Origin: Lingula anatina
Taxonomy: Eukaryota; Animalia; Brachiopoda
Assembly (NCBI GenBank): GCA_051362555.1
Contig: CM120642.1
Location: 2,356,001-2,420,000 of the forward strand
Direction of reading: 5' to 3'
Length of the DNA: 64,000 nt
Below, in pieces: positions 13,790-27,200 of the stretch; position 1 is the first letter of the stretch, and every line of letters starts with the position of its first letter. The translations under genes were made by a program, and so were the position numbers. The notes beneath the pieces were generated by a model. That model did no database searches. It saw only the letters and a list, made by a program, of their open reading frames with translations, and was not told the DNA's origin.

Positions 13790-15781
13790 CTTATCAGCTT
13801 CCAGAATTGCCTTCTCCTCATTTTTCTTGTCTTCATTGAACAGCGCCAGTTCCTCGTCAGCGCATGGACCCTTCCTATTAGTGTTGGCGTATATCTCTTT
13901 TACTTTCTGATAGTCCGCTTGGTTCTCCTCGTACCCTCCTGCGCCTGTGTAGTGACCAGCCTGGATCTTGCTGGCAATATTGGCATACGCGTTTTGCAAA
14001 ACTTTTCTACACTTATTCCTTGAGACTTTCTTGTTCTGCTCCACAAATTGCGTATAGAGTGACAACAGGGACTCCTACAGGATAAAAAGTACATACTTTA
14101 TCTGTTAAGATATATTAGGCATCTGTTACATGTTTACGTCGTTAACTTTCCTTTGTTATTGACCACATAACAGGTAACGTCTTCTATTTGGTAAGCATTA
14201 AGGGCATTTCTTTTGCCGTTGATAACACTCACTTTGGTGCACTGTTGTATCATTCTGAATTCTATTCTTTACAAGATGCTTACTTGTAATTTCGTTTGAA
14301 AAATTCCCTCAGTGTCAGGTACAGCTATACCCTTGTAAACACGGAGGGCTACCCCAATGACCTGCTCATGAAGGCTTGATAACTCATGTAGGAAAAGAGG
14401 CACGTTCGGTACAGTGTTGTTCTCCATTGTTTTTCTGTAGTGTTTCACACTCTCCTCCAAGGCCATCTGGCATTCCACCTGCATCTTGGTCTCCACCGCG
14501 GTACCAATACATGGTACGGCACCAGAGTTGATGGCTTGCACGTACGCTTCTGCAACGGATGCGTACTCTATTTGAAAGCAAAAGTATGACTAGATCAAGA
14601 CTATCATCAAATAGATTATTAGTCACCTTGCGAAATCTACACCTGTATTTATCTATTTACATATTGCACTTTAAGATCAGGAATTAATGTTGCTTGTAAA
14701 ACATGGATTATCATTAAACAACTATGAAACGCATAATTTAATAATGGCAAAATCTGTAACATGACACATGTTATTGCACGTGCATGAACTCAACAATGTC
14801 AAACAGAAAGATAGACAACATTAACAAAATAAAGAACGAAGTACATACTTCTGCCATTTATCAGATTTCCCTGCACTTTTAAACCATCCGCGTCAGTACA
14901 GACAGATAGACGCAGCAACACATCATCTTCGAGTGGTTTTTGAAGGACAAAGCAATTTCTTTGGGGAAAGAAATTCCGGATACACTCCCTGGCGCTGGAG
15001 TCAAAAATTGTTCTGCTCTTGCCTTTTCTAAATTGCAAGGCACGCTCAAGGTACTCGTCAGGATTGCATGCTCTTCCGTCGATTTTGAGCTGAAGGGCGA
15101 AGTCACGTGCAACCCATATGAATTGCGGAAAGTACTTGCTGAATGATTCTCTTGTCTCCTCGCTGCTGTCGATTTGTCCTTTAATATGCTCTGCCAATTC
15201 TGCAACCAACCTGCTATTTAAGGTATTCAAGGAAAATATGATTTGTATCAGAATGTATTTACATGAATTAGACAAAAGGCAATATGCTGAAAACAAGTAT
15301 ACAGAAATAAGCACATGTGTTAATTTTTCTTTGCTGTTTCATATTGTTCTTTTTATACATGTATTAAAGGATACTGCAGTTTTGTGATGGTATCGCCTTC
15401 AGTGGTTCCTTGATCGTTGCAGACCAAGCAAAGAAGAACTGCCAGAGGGAAGAGTTGACTGTCATAAGACGAATCCCCGTTTTTCACATCATAGAGGCCC
15501 TCGGTGTTAATGTTATTATTTCTTGGGCGGGGCTGGGCCCAGATCCAGATCTTTTTGGTTTTAGACTGGACCGTGCCGCCCAGGTAGAACCCAGAGTTCT
15601 TGCCGTAAAGCCTGTTCATCAGATATGACTTGCCCGTGTGGTATTTGCTGACGATGACGACTACGGACATCGGCTTGTCTATGTTCAGCAGGCACTTTTT
15701 AGCTTCTTCGTTGATGGTAAACTTGCGTCCGTCACCACATATTGTGATCAAGGGCATTGGTTTGTCCATAACGTCATGTGC
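13790..15781 (-). CDS. Guanylate-binding protein (GBP/atlastin family) GTPase plus helical domain; exons 15781-15375, 15210-14849, 14567-14284, 14074-13790 (446 codons, in frame); catalytically degenerate, possibly a pseudogene
   Basis: Motifs VVIVSKYHTGKSYLMNRL, GTVQSKTKKIWIW, NTEGL, FPQFIWVARDF, YVQAINSGAVPC, GGYEE; GT-AG sites with consistent phases 2,1,0; no stop across the four exons; further C-terminal exons not found. Confidence 0.85.
15211..15374 (-). other. U12-type (minor spliceosome) GT-AG intron in the GBP region
   Basis: Donor GTATCCTTT; branch-like TTCCTTGAAT ~15-25 nt before the AG; no polypyrimidine tract; splicing restores KLQ/LVAEL. Confidence 0.8.
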
Positions 15782-16329
15782 CTACAGAACAGAGGGAATA
15801 CTAGATCTTTAATTTTACCCTCAACTCACACACAAAGAAGCAATGGATTGCCCACCTTGAAATCCCGGCGTACCAATTTGTATAAAATGTTAAATGCGAT
15901 TTGAGAATTACTAGCCAATAGATTAATAATGAATTACTTGGAGGAGCTATAACGCGGCCAAGTTATAAGAGACATGTACCAGCCACCGTAATTCCACTCC
16001 AATAATTTCTTACAAAAGGTACCAATAGTTTAGAAGTACAAGATCTGTGGATACATAAAACAATGTATAATATGCGTTTCCTACGAGTGAAAACAGTTTA
16101 ACTGACACGGCCTTTGTCATAAGGCTTTTAAAATATTAATCATAAGTTTTGCTGAATCTTTACTAACGCTCGGATCTTGACAGGTGCACAACAATACAGG
16201 CGCATTGATGAGTAGTGCTCACTATGTAACACTATTTCAAGACAATATCATTGCCTCGACAATGCATTTATCAATTTTAGTTTTAACAGAAAAAATTTAT
16301 ACATTTGCTGTCTAAACAGATTCAAAGAA

Positions 16330-16800
16330 TTCAAGAAATACAAAGAAATTTGCAACCAATAAGTAATCCACCAGCTAACCAGCAGAAAGGTCGCATACAT
16401 GTAGTTAGGTCTTAAAGACAAAAACAGAAGAGACGCCATTGGTTTTTTGGCAAAACTAGAGGAAATCAAAGATAAAATCAGAGATACTATAAATGATACA
16501 AAAGACATTGTCCAAGAAGTGATCGCCAAAACTGTGACTAAGCGTTTGCTTAACTTTTAACACAAAATTGAAAAAAAAAAAAAAAAAAAACAAGCATATA
16601 ATGTACAACGGAGGTCTAAAGGAAATAATTGATTCACTGGAAATGGAAAACGATGCGCTTCGTGAGCAACTAACTAGTGAAGAAGAATCTCTAAAAAAAA
16701 GAGGAAAAGAAAGGGAAGAAGCAACCTACACAGCAAACAGAGCTTTTAAAATGGTGAACTAAAATTAATAATATTCCCGCAAAAACAATTCAGAGCCCTT
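16330..16800 (+). mobile_element. Degenerate LINE (CR1/L2-type) ORF1 remnant
   Basis: Coiled-coil-like LEMENDALREQL followed by a decayed N..YSRKNN motif (cf. EQYSRRNN), multiple stops. Confidence 0.4.
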
Positions 16801-16977
16801 CAGTGTAATATTTGTGTTGAAGAAAAGGGTGTCAAGAATCGCTACTGCTAAAATTTTCCGTAGCAACGACAAACGATATAGAAACATTTTACCACACTGC
16901 TTGAATAGCTAGTAAATTTATTTCATCATTATTATTCTCGTTAATGTTCATTCGTAAATTTCAATAATATATATATA

Positions 16978-17013
<36 letters not shown>

Positions 17014-17182
17014 GCAAAGAAAGAACAATTCATATAAAACGCGCAGTAAACCATGAGAGACATTTTATTACAGAACTGTAAAATAACAAGAGTTAAAATC
17101 CAGTATGATGGGACCTGTTTATATGTCTTGTCCCTCGATCAGTTTTTTTAAACTTAGTTTATGCATGCATACACAAACTTAC

Positions 17183-17281
17183 CTTGTCTTTACTGCAGGA
17201 TTCAGTTCGGGCTTGATTGAGTAGAGCTGTCAAATTTCTGTGACCGCCCTTGACAGCGTAATGAAGAGGTGTACGTCCATC
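17183..17281 (-). CDS. ANK exon 17 (last, divergent): DGRTPLHYAVKGGHRNLTALLNQARTESCSKDK
   Basis: 99 nt, CAG/GTAAGT, open. Confidence 0.8.
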
Positions 17282-20200
17282 CTGTAGATACACGATGGTT
17301 TCATTAAATGATATATCCTACAGAAAGTTGTACAAAATGATTTAACCTACAATTGCAAAACAGAGAGGCACATTAAATAAAAAAAAATTGAACATACCTT
17401 CGACCATACGGCATAATACCTTTCTGCGGGTAAAAAAACGGCAAGTTCATCATTTTAGTTTTGAACATACAGGGTATATAAAAAAAGTGAACAATTTGAA
17501 AAATACCCAGAATTAATTTTTTTTTATTTTATATAACAAATGTAAATGTACATATAGGTTGCACGCTTCGGAATTCATGCTTCAATGGCTATCGTGTCTT
17601 TTCACGCATGTCTGAGCAGGGTCAAATTACTTCATAAGGATAATTTTTTTTATATTGATAACTTTTTTTCGCAAAAGGTTGATTAATTGCCATGAAACGG
17701 TCCTGTCAATGGTTTTCAAATGAAGAACATGCCAATTAACCTCTTGTTCCCTGCTATCTGCCACTTATGTTCTTTTGTCATGAACATCCAATGTTACAAG
17801 AACTTCTTATCTTCTCCATAAGTTTCAACCAAAGCAGTATATCGATATGCACAGTTTGAACGTACTTGTTTGATAAGTTAAAAGTCTTCAGCATGCTGTT
17901 CGTTTCAATCGTCTGATGGAGTTGTTAAGCGACAAAGTTATCACTTTGCATCTTCAGGTGTACGTCACCTGATTGACCCCACTGGGCTTCTTCTGGTGAG
18001 GTAACCTCAATTTTAAGGTGTACCTCGAGACTTGGATGACCTTGAGAGGCGTATAACGGATGAGGTGGATGTTCTCCGATGGGATAGAGTCATAGTAGAG
18101 AGTGCACTTTATGGCATGAGAAAAGCCCAAATTTGCTTGGACAAAAATGAACAGCATGCTAAGGACTAAGGGTTAAAACTTTTTACCTATCAAACGTGTA
18201 GTACAAACTCTGTATATCGATTTGCTGCTTTGGTTGAAACTTATGGACAGGTTCTGCACAATGAAAAAAATTAGAGATCATTGAGGGAGAACTACATATG
18301 CAGAGCACACAAACCTACCCTGTCCTTACTGCTGGGATCAGCTCCAAACTGCAAAAGCAGAGCTACTACATCTCTTTGACCACCCTCAGCAGCGTAATGA
18401 AGAGGTGTGTGACCATTCTAAAGATAAACATTATGTTCAGTAACCAATATATCTAACACAAAAATGGAAGTGTTTAAGGAATAATTGTTACATTGTGATT
18501 TATAGGAAATCTAACCAAAGTAAAAATACACTAGACCACCAACAGCAATTCGGCAAAGATGCAACATATTTCACAGTTCATTTTAGTCTCTTGTAAATAT
18601 ACATGTCATACAGTGTGTGAAACAGTATGTCCATTAAGTGATGCAGATACTAGTTATGTTATTTTTCGTGATCTCATAATACGATCATATGGTGTATTTT
18701 AAAAGGTATACATTAAGTCCACAATAGATTCAGGTATCATGTTAGAGGATTCAAATGTAATGTTTGCAAATGATTATTTTAAAATGTTAAATTACAAAGT
18801 ATTGACCTCATAACGTATGACTGCATAATGTAAATAAATAGATTGTGGATAGGAGCTATATTTCAAGTTACACACAAAAACCTACCCAAGCCTTACTGCA
18901 GGAATCAGCTCCGTGATGCAAAAGCAGAGCTGCTACATTGCTATAACCACACTGAGCAGCGTAATGAAGTGGTGTACAGCCACCCTGAAGATACATAATG
19001 TTTGTTTTCAGGGGCCACTGTAGGAACAGATGTACCGAATGATTCAATGAATAATCACAAAACGAAAACACGTGAACTGAACAAATTTGAAAGTATGTTT
19101 GATGAACTCAACTGCCTTAAAGCAAGACGGTCCTTATCATTTTAGCAAACATTTTAGCAATATGTGTACCAGTCGGCCTGTATAAAAAAAAAATCAATTA
19201 ACAGTTTTTCAGTAACTGTGCGTTAATTTCATTCTTACAAAAATATAAAACATCAGTAGCTACATAAACGTATCATTTAAGTATTATATGATAAACATAT
19301 AATATTTACCAATGTAAATGATATTTTGATGTTTAATCACTGAGTACTGACCTCATAGCTCCATAAAAAAATTATTATAGAGATCAACTTACATTGTCTC
19401 CACAGCAGGGATCAGCTCCGTGCTGAATGAGTAGAGCTGCTACATTGTTGTGACCGCCCACAGCAGCATGATGAAGTGGTGTGCGACCAAACTGAAGAGT
19501 CACAATGTTTTCAGTTAACAACATACTTTGCAGGAATGTGTACCAAATTATTAAAAAGCAATAAAACAGTTATGTGCAGTGAATAAAAACAAATTAAAAT
19601 ACATTTGACCACCAACAGCAGTACAGAAAGGACGGTGGACACCTACCGGTAACAATATACATGTACCTCACATTCGCAAGATAAATATGCGTACCATTAA
19701 AACATTAGAGAATTCACATGCAACGTTAACAAATAGTGAGTTTAAAGTGTTCACTTGCTAAATACTGGTCTCATTAAGTTTGACTGCAAAATGAAAACAA
19801 ACAGATGATGTAGTCGAGTAGCCAGAACGCTAACCCTGCAATGTTTTTTACTGTAAACTTTTTTTGCTGAAATGCATTCTTTAGGTCAAGAGAAGCAAAA
19901 TTAGCTTGGTTGCTATTTCCGAGACATTGAGCATTCTTCAATATGGCCGTCAATTTATGAGGATAAATAGAAAAACGACCAGAAGTCGCCGGGTAAACTT
20001 TATTGACAGCTTTTTTGAACGTGTATCCTATCAGGAGAGCACAACAGTAAGCCCGTTACATATAGCAAAAAAAGCCAAAATGACCGTCAAAACATATGGC
20101 AGTATGTAAAATAGCTGCAAAATTTAGTCTTATTAAAAACATATCCGCATTTTCTATTTATGTTCATTATGATAATTTGTTAGTCATGATCCTAAACTCT

Positions 20201-23200
20201 CAGAAACTGCTTATTTGACATAAATCAGATGGTGGCAGACGGTGCCATCTCCTGAGTCCATTTGCCACTCCCACGAGCCCCATAGTCAAAGCTTGCTATG
20301 TTATATCTTGCAAGCTTTTTTAAAAGAAATTATTTCATCTGGGTTACAAAAATTAGAAAAGCTTATAAGCTTGACTTTATTTGCCAGTTGATGCGTACGA
20401 GATATTGATAATTTTTCAAAATTCAAGATGACCGTCAATTTGTTATATGAATAGCGAGAGCCATACATTCAAATAAAAAAAATAATGCTTCACTCCATTG
20501 TTCACCATTGCATATTTATATTTATATCCACGCAAAGTGCGATCGTTTATTTCATTTTTGCAAGTTAATTTAATAAAAATGGCATCCAAAACATAATGGA
20601 AGGGCAAGGACACAACTGTAAATCTACAAGACTTTTAACTGAAATAGGCTTCACCTGGAACAAATGTAAATACATATATAAAGTAAAAAACGATATACAT
20701 GCGTTCAAGACATAGCACACAATAAAACATATTTTTAGGGTAAATGATACGTAAAACGAAAACCAATTTGTCCATCAATGCTACTCTATGATCAAACCAA
20801 ACATTGATTGCGGATTTCTCAGTCCTGACAACTAGTTTTTCATTCTAAATCAAAAATTACTTTGTGGATGATTTAATGAAAGGCATTATCATTCTAGTAT
20901 GTGTAAACTAAATCACTGTGAATTAAAAAAAGGCATGGAATCGTTTTTCTTCAGGTTGGATTATCCTTATCCTTTTTTTTGTAAACTTTTTAAATATTTA
21001 AACTCCTATGGGTAAAGTCATTTTTGTTGTTTAATAATGGATTTTATTATAAATAAACTAGATAGAAGCAGGGTATACATAGTATACATAGAGTCAACAT
21101 CATACCAGGATCTCTACATCAGGTTGACCCGTTCACATTCAGCACAAATGATCCAAGTGTATCAGGAGTCCAAACGGTGGATGTCCTACCCCGGCCTGTC
21201 TATTCTCCGGATATGAATCCGGTTGAACACTTGTGGTACTACAAGTCCTCCGTTGGCCAAGGCAGCAGCTGATCCAGGCACTACGACAAGACTGGAATAG
21301 GATTCTGCACGACACCATCCCGTTTATTGCCCCAGCATGTGCCAACGGATTGCTGCCTACATCGAAGCAAGCGGAGGTCGTACCGGCCATTGACCGTTGT
21401 GACTTTGTGTTGAGCTGGTGCCACTTTTGTTTTGAAACTATTCATAGAACTTTAGATTTTTGAATCTGTACAACAATGTCTTAAACAAATGATTCATATG
21501 AAAATAATCCAGTTTAGAGCTTCAAAATAACAATTATTTTGAAAAATATGTCCTCAAAGATTTTAATGGCTGTCAGTATATAACCAAAAGATTTGTATAA
21601 CGTTTCGTTTATTAACTCTCTAAAATGTAAAGTGAAAAAAAAGTGGAGTAATAAGAAAAACTAGAAATGCTATTATATACTGATGAAATATTCTTACACG
21701 TGCCAATCCTAATTAAAAGAATGGGAAGTTTTAAAGCTAACCCAGCAGACAAACGACATTGATTCACTGTTGAATCAACGTTAATTTTGGTGGATCAACA
21801 TTGAATCGACGTACAATCAATGTCGTTTGCCTGCTGGGAAATTTTATGTACATACTGAATAAAGTTACGATCAAGATATAAAATCAAAATATTAGGGTAT
21901 GATCAATATAAAAACAAAAACAAAAAAAAAATAATAAGGTTAATATTTGGCAAAAGTTAAATTAAATTACACCCCCCCCCTCCCGTCCTCACCAATGGAC
22001 TTGGTTGGACTCCATGTAAATAAAAGAGTCCCGATTGCTGATTAACATTTTGGACTCCCTGTGCCCCAAATCCTGCAGAAGCCCCTGTTGGCCCTTGATA
22101 AAATTTTCATTAGACTGAGCCTGTATTAAAAAGAGAACTTACATGACGGTTAGTCCTATCAATGATCCTCTTTTTAGAGTCTTAGTATACTTGTACCTTA
22201 CAAGTACACTTTGTCAATAAATAAAAGGGTTTGATATATATCTTATACGCTAATTATCAGTTAAAAACGTAATTTAACTGTATTTTTTAAAAATCTTTTT
22301 GGGCACGTTTTAGCGGTCAGTTGAAATGCGGAATACCATGTACTTTAAATCCGACTCTTTGCTATTTTGCATAATTATTTATTTATGATATAATGATTTT
22401 ATAATATATTTTCATATTATTGACGGCCATCTTAAATTTTGAAAATTGATCAACGTTCTGCTTTTTTTTTATCTCTTTGGGCACGTTTTAGCGGCCACTT
22501 GAAATCCGGAATACCATGTACTTTAAACCCGACTTTTTGCTCTCTCTCTCAAGTGCCTTGTCCCATTAGGACATTGGCGATCATGGACTTCCACCTCTTC
22601 CTGTCCTTTGCGGTCTTCAACAGGTCTAGCTCCGCTATTCCTGTCCACCTACGTATGCTTGCTGTGTATGTTAATCTTTGCCTGCCCCTGCTTCGCTTTC
22701 CATTGACCTTGCCTGTCACACTAAGATGTTCCAGCTCTTCCTTCCGCATTACGTGTCCTAAAAATTCCAACTGTCTCTTTCGTATGCTTTTTAGAAGGAA
22801 ACGCTTTGTTCCTGCTCTCTCCAAAACTTTCTGATTTGTCATTCTCTCTGTCCAAGATATTCTCATCATTTTCCTGAGAAACCACATCTCTGCCGCTTCT
22901 ATTTGTTGTTCTATTTTACATAATTATTTATTTATGATATAATGATTTTATAATATATTTTTATATTATTGACGGCCATCTTGAATTTTGAAAATGGATC
23001 AACGTTCTGGATGTAGCCACTGCCAAAAAAGGCCAAATTAAATTAACTTTTATACCCCAAAGTATTAAATTCTTAAAAATATTACAGGGAATAACATTCT
23101 AAGTAAATTATAACGGGACCCAGGAAAGTAGCAAACAGACTCTTGGGGGGTTATTGAACTGTCAGATAAGCTTATTCCGAGAGTTTAGGGTCACGACTAA

Positions 23201-24213
23201 CAAAATATCATAATTAACATAAATAAAAAAGCAGATATGGTTTTAAATAAAACTAAATATGCAAAAAACGAACTGAATCTGCAGCTTTTATCACTTTCTG
23301 CCTTATGTTTTGACGGCCATTTTGGTTTTTTGCTAAGTGGTACGCGCTTAAGCGTATTCACTAGTACTGTTGTGCTCTCCTGATAGGATACACGTTCAAA
23401 GCTGTCAATAAAGTTTACCAGGCAACTTCTGGTCGTTTTCTATATTTCCTCATAAATTGACGGCCATATTGAAAAATGCTCAATGTCTCGGAAATAGCAA
23501 CCAAGCTAATTTTGCTTCTCTCGGCCTGAAGAATGCATTTCAGCAAAAAATGTTTACAGGAAAGAACATTGCAGGGTTCGACTATTGGGCCTATGGGAGT
23601 GGCGACTCGACTAATGCGGAGGAGCTATATTTCAAGTAACATAACCTACCAAAGCCTTACTGCAAGCATCAGCTCCGCACTTATAAAGTAGAGCTGCTGC
23701 ATCGCTGTGACCACCATCAGCAGCACAATGAAGGGGTGTACAGTCATCCTGGAGATACCAAATGTATTCAGTAACATATGTATTATCCAGTCAGATGTGC
23801 CAAATGTTTTTGAACAATTAAGGATATTGTAACACTAGTCCTTAACTTACCTTAATTAATATTTAGAGATATGTCATCTTACGGGTGATGTCATAATTGC
23901 GATTTAAGGGATAAAACTGAAAAGTTCTTCGTATTTCTCCTTTAGCTGAGCACCCATGATCACCGTTTCAACACCAACTTAATGACATCATTTACTTCTC
24001 CAAAACATTGTCAATGATTTTTCTTAGAAGCCTTAGTTAGGATTTTATAAAGCAAAATGATGTCTATGTTTAATGCAAAATCTGTAATTAGGGACTCATA
24101 ACTTCAGGACAAAAATGTTAACCAAAATGATGGCACAGGATTGTAGCCCATGTACTCATGGTAAACTCTGCCCATTTTCGTGATAAAATCTTGTTCAGGA
24201 ATGTGTTGGGGGT

Positions 24214-24277
<64 letters not shown>

Positions 24278-27200
24278 TGACTTTAAATCACATACCAGGC
24301 AGGCGAGACACCTACCTTCCTATCAGAGACAATCGTTGCTCATAATAAAGGCGAAAAACCTAACACACTCTAAGAGCCGCTGTCATATCTGCAAGGGGCG
24401 CTGTAAGAACACACGTCCTCAGAGGCCCAGCTCTGAATCGTGTTCTTTTGGTAAAGTGGAATCTAACTAGGACATGAGCCCACCACCCCCAACACTCATG
24501 TTATATCCCATACCGAGTGCTATTTAACCTCAAAATACAGGTAGAAAGGTGTAAAATTGACTATTAAAGCTTTGCATTGTCTATATGCTTATACATTTGA
24601 ACGAGAAATATAAACGCCGATATTTTATATTTTCCAGCGTTTTTTTTTTTCATTGTTTTTAATCAGCACAAACATTGATGCAGGAAACACTTCATTTTCG
24701 CTATCTGGATGATAAAAATAAGGGGTAATAATATTCTTAAAATAAAGTAATTTATACGGAATAGAGCCAAATTTGAATTACATTAGACTACCAACAGCAG
24801 ATCAGCAAATATCTGTCACATTTCACAGTTCATTATTTTGGTCCATTGAGTAAATAAATCACACAGTGTGTGATTCAGTGTGTCGATGAAATGATGGAGT
24901 CTACTGTTTCCGAGTTATGTTATTTTTCGTGAACTCACCAAAGGGAAATAACAAGGACTATTTCAAACAATATACATTAAATCCGTAAATGATTTAGGTA
25001 TCATTAAAATATCAGACAATTCACATGTATCATTTACAATTGATAATTTTAAAATGTTAAATTACTAAGTACTGATCACATAAGGTATGTCTGCATATTG
25101 AAAATTGAAAGATTACGGGAAAGAGCTATATTTCAAGTAACATACACGAACGTACCCAGGCTTTACAGTTGGGATCAGCTCCATGCTGAATTAATAAAGC
25201 TATTAAATCGATGTAACCACCCTCAGCAGCGTAATGAAGTGGTGTACGATCATCCTGAAGATACAAAATGTTTTCAGTGCCTGAAATATCTCACAGACAA
25301 ATGTAATAAATGATTCAATGAACAATAACAAGAAGGAAACACGTAAAAAAATTGAATGTATGTTCGATAAATTAAACTGCTTATTAGCAAGACTATTTTT
25401 ATCAGTTTAGCAAATTGAATACATATATCATACGATGTGTGTACCAGTATGCCACTGTAGAAATGGCAGCTAACAGTTTTCAGGTTATGTTATTTTTATG
25501 AACTTATAACATAAAACATTGGGCTATTAAAATATTATTCAAAATCCATTATCAAACGTAAGCTAGATACCCGTATTATTCAAGTAAAAGATACACAAAT
25601 CATCATCATCATCAGTGCTCTTCGTCCCGTGTGGGACATAAGGCCACAGTCACTTCCTTCCATTTGGCCCTGTCTCTGGCTACGTGCTGGGCCTCTCCCC
25701 ATGTAAGGTCCCCCTCCCTCAGCTCTGCCATCACTGTTCGGCGCCAGGTGGTCTTGGGCCTTCCTCTCTTTCTTTTTCCGGGTGGTGTCCATCTCAAAGC
25801 TACCTTTGGTACTCGGTTCTCCTCCATCCTAAGTACATGGCCGAGCCATTTAAATCGCCGTCGCTTGATCTGCCCTACAATACTCTGGCTCCCTGTCAGT
25901 ATGTACAGGTCATGGTTGGATATCTTATTTGGCCAGAATATGCGGCAGATCCTGCGGAGACACCTGTTATGAAAGGACTCTACTCTGCTCATGTCAGACT
26001 TTGTAACTCTCCAACATTCAGACCCGTAGAGCAGAAAAGACTTCACATTGCTGTTGTAAAGATGGACTTTGGTGTGTAAGCTGTACTGCTCTGGCTTCCA
26101 GATTGTGCGGAGTCTAGCGAATGAACTCTAGGCCTTGCCAAGTCTTGCCCTGATGTCCTTCTGAGCCCCGTTGTCTTTGCTGATTAGACTGCCCAGATAT
26201 GTGAAGTCGTCGACAGACTCAAGTGGTTTCCCACTGACGGTAATAGGTGCTGTCGTACTGTTGTTAATGCACATGACCTGGGTTTTGGTGGTGCTGATGG
26301 CAAGTCCCGCTTGTGCAGCAAAGCTACTCAGACGGTCAGTCTTCTCCTGGAGATGGCTGTGTTTAGAGGACAGGAGGGCTAGGTCATCGGCAAAGTCAAG
26401 GTCTTCTAGCTGGGATATAACAGGAGAGTCCACTGGATGCCTCTGGGTTTGTCGGATGTTGTCTTTCTCATGACCCAGTCGATGGTTACAAGGAAGAGAA
26501 TTGGGGACAAGATACAGCCTTGACGTACACCTGAATCCACTGGGAACCACTCCGTCAGGGTATTGTCCAGGATAACACTACATTGGAAGTGGTTGTAGAA
26601 CATGCTGATTAGAGTGATAATCTTAGGTGGTACACCATATGACAGCAGTATTTTCCACAATGTCTCCCGATGCACACTGTCAAAGGCTTTCCTGAAGTCG
26701 ACAAAGTTGATGTAAAGAGGCTTGTTCCACTCCAGGCACTGCTCGATGATGTTGCGCAGGGCGAAGATCTGATCAATGCATCCCCTGCCTTTCCGGAATC
26801 CTGCTTGCTCCTCTCTGAGTCTGGAGTCAATGGCTCGGTCAATACGCTTCAGCAGAACTCGTCAGAAGATCTTGCTGGGGATGGATAGGAGAGTGATCCC
26901 ACGCCAGTTGTCACATTTATGGAGGTTGCCTTTCTTGGGGAGCTTTACAATGAGACCCTTTGTCCAATCGTCTGGTATCGTGTCCTTCTCCCAGATGGTA
27001 CTGAAGAGGTCAGTCAGCAAGTTTGTGGCCATGCCAACATCAGCTTTCAGCATTTCTGCATGGATGTTGTCAATGCCAGAAGCTTTGCCGTTCTTCATAG
27101 CAATGATAGCATTCCTGACTTCCTCTCTGGTGGGCGGATCTGTGTTGATGTCCAGGATACCATCTGTGGGTGTGGAATTAGCTGGTTCACTGGGGCCAGG

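Larger units (their letters stand above)
19811..23613. mobile_element. Academ-like non-autonomous element with long imperfect TIRs
   Basis: TAGTCGAGT...ACTCGACTA termini; ~400 bp inverted arms; 3-bp TSD ATG (19808-19810, 23614-23616); flanks rejoin into the shared intron consensus. Confidence 0.8.

Noticed and set aside
17812-18250. Imperfect ~70-bp inverted repeat pair in the last ANK intron
   Set aside because: Probably an old MITE; termini and TSD cannot be defined
25098-25313. Plus-strand ORFs 25098..25313 and 37657..37908 with near-identical peptides
   Set aside because: Antisense shadows of the class B ankyrin exons
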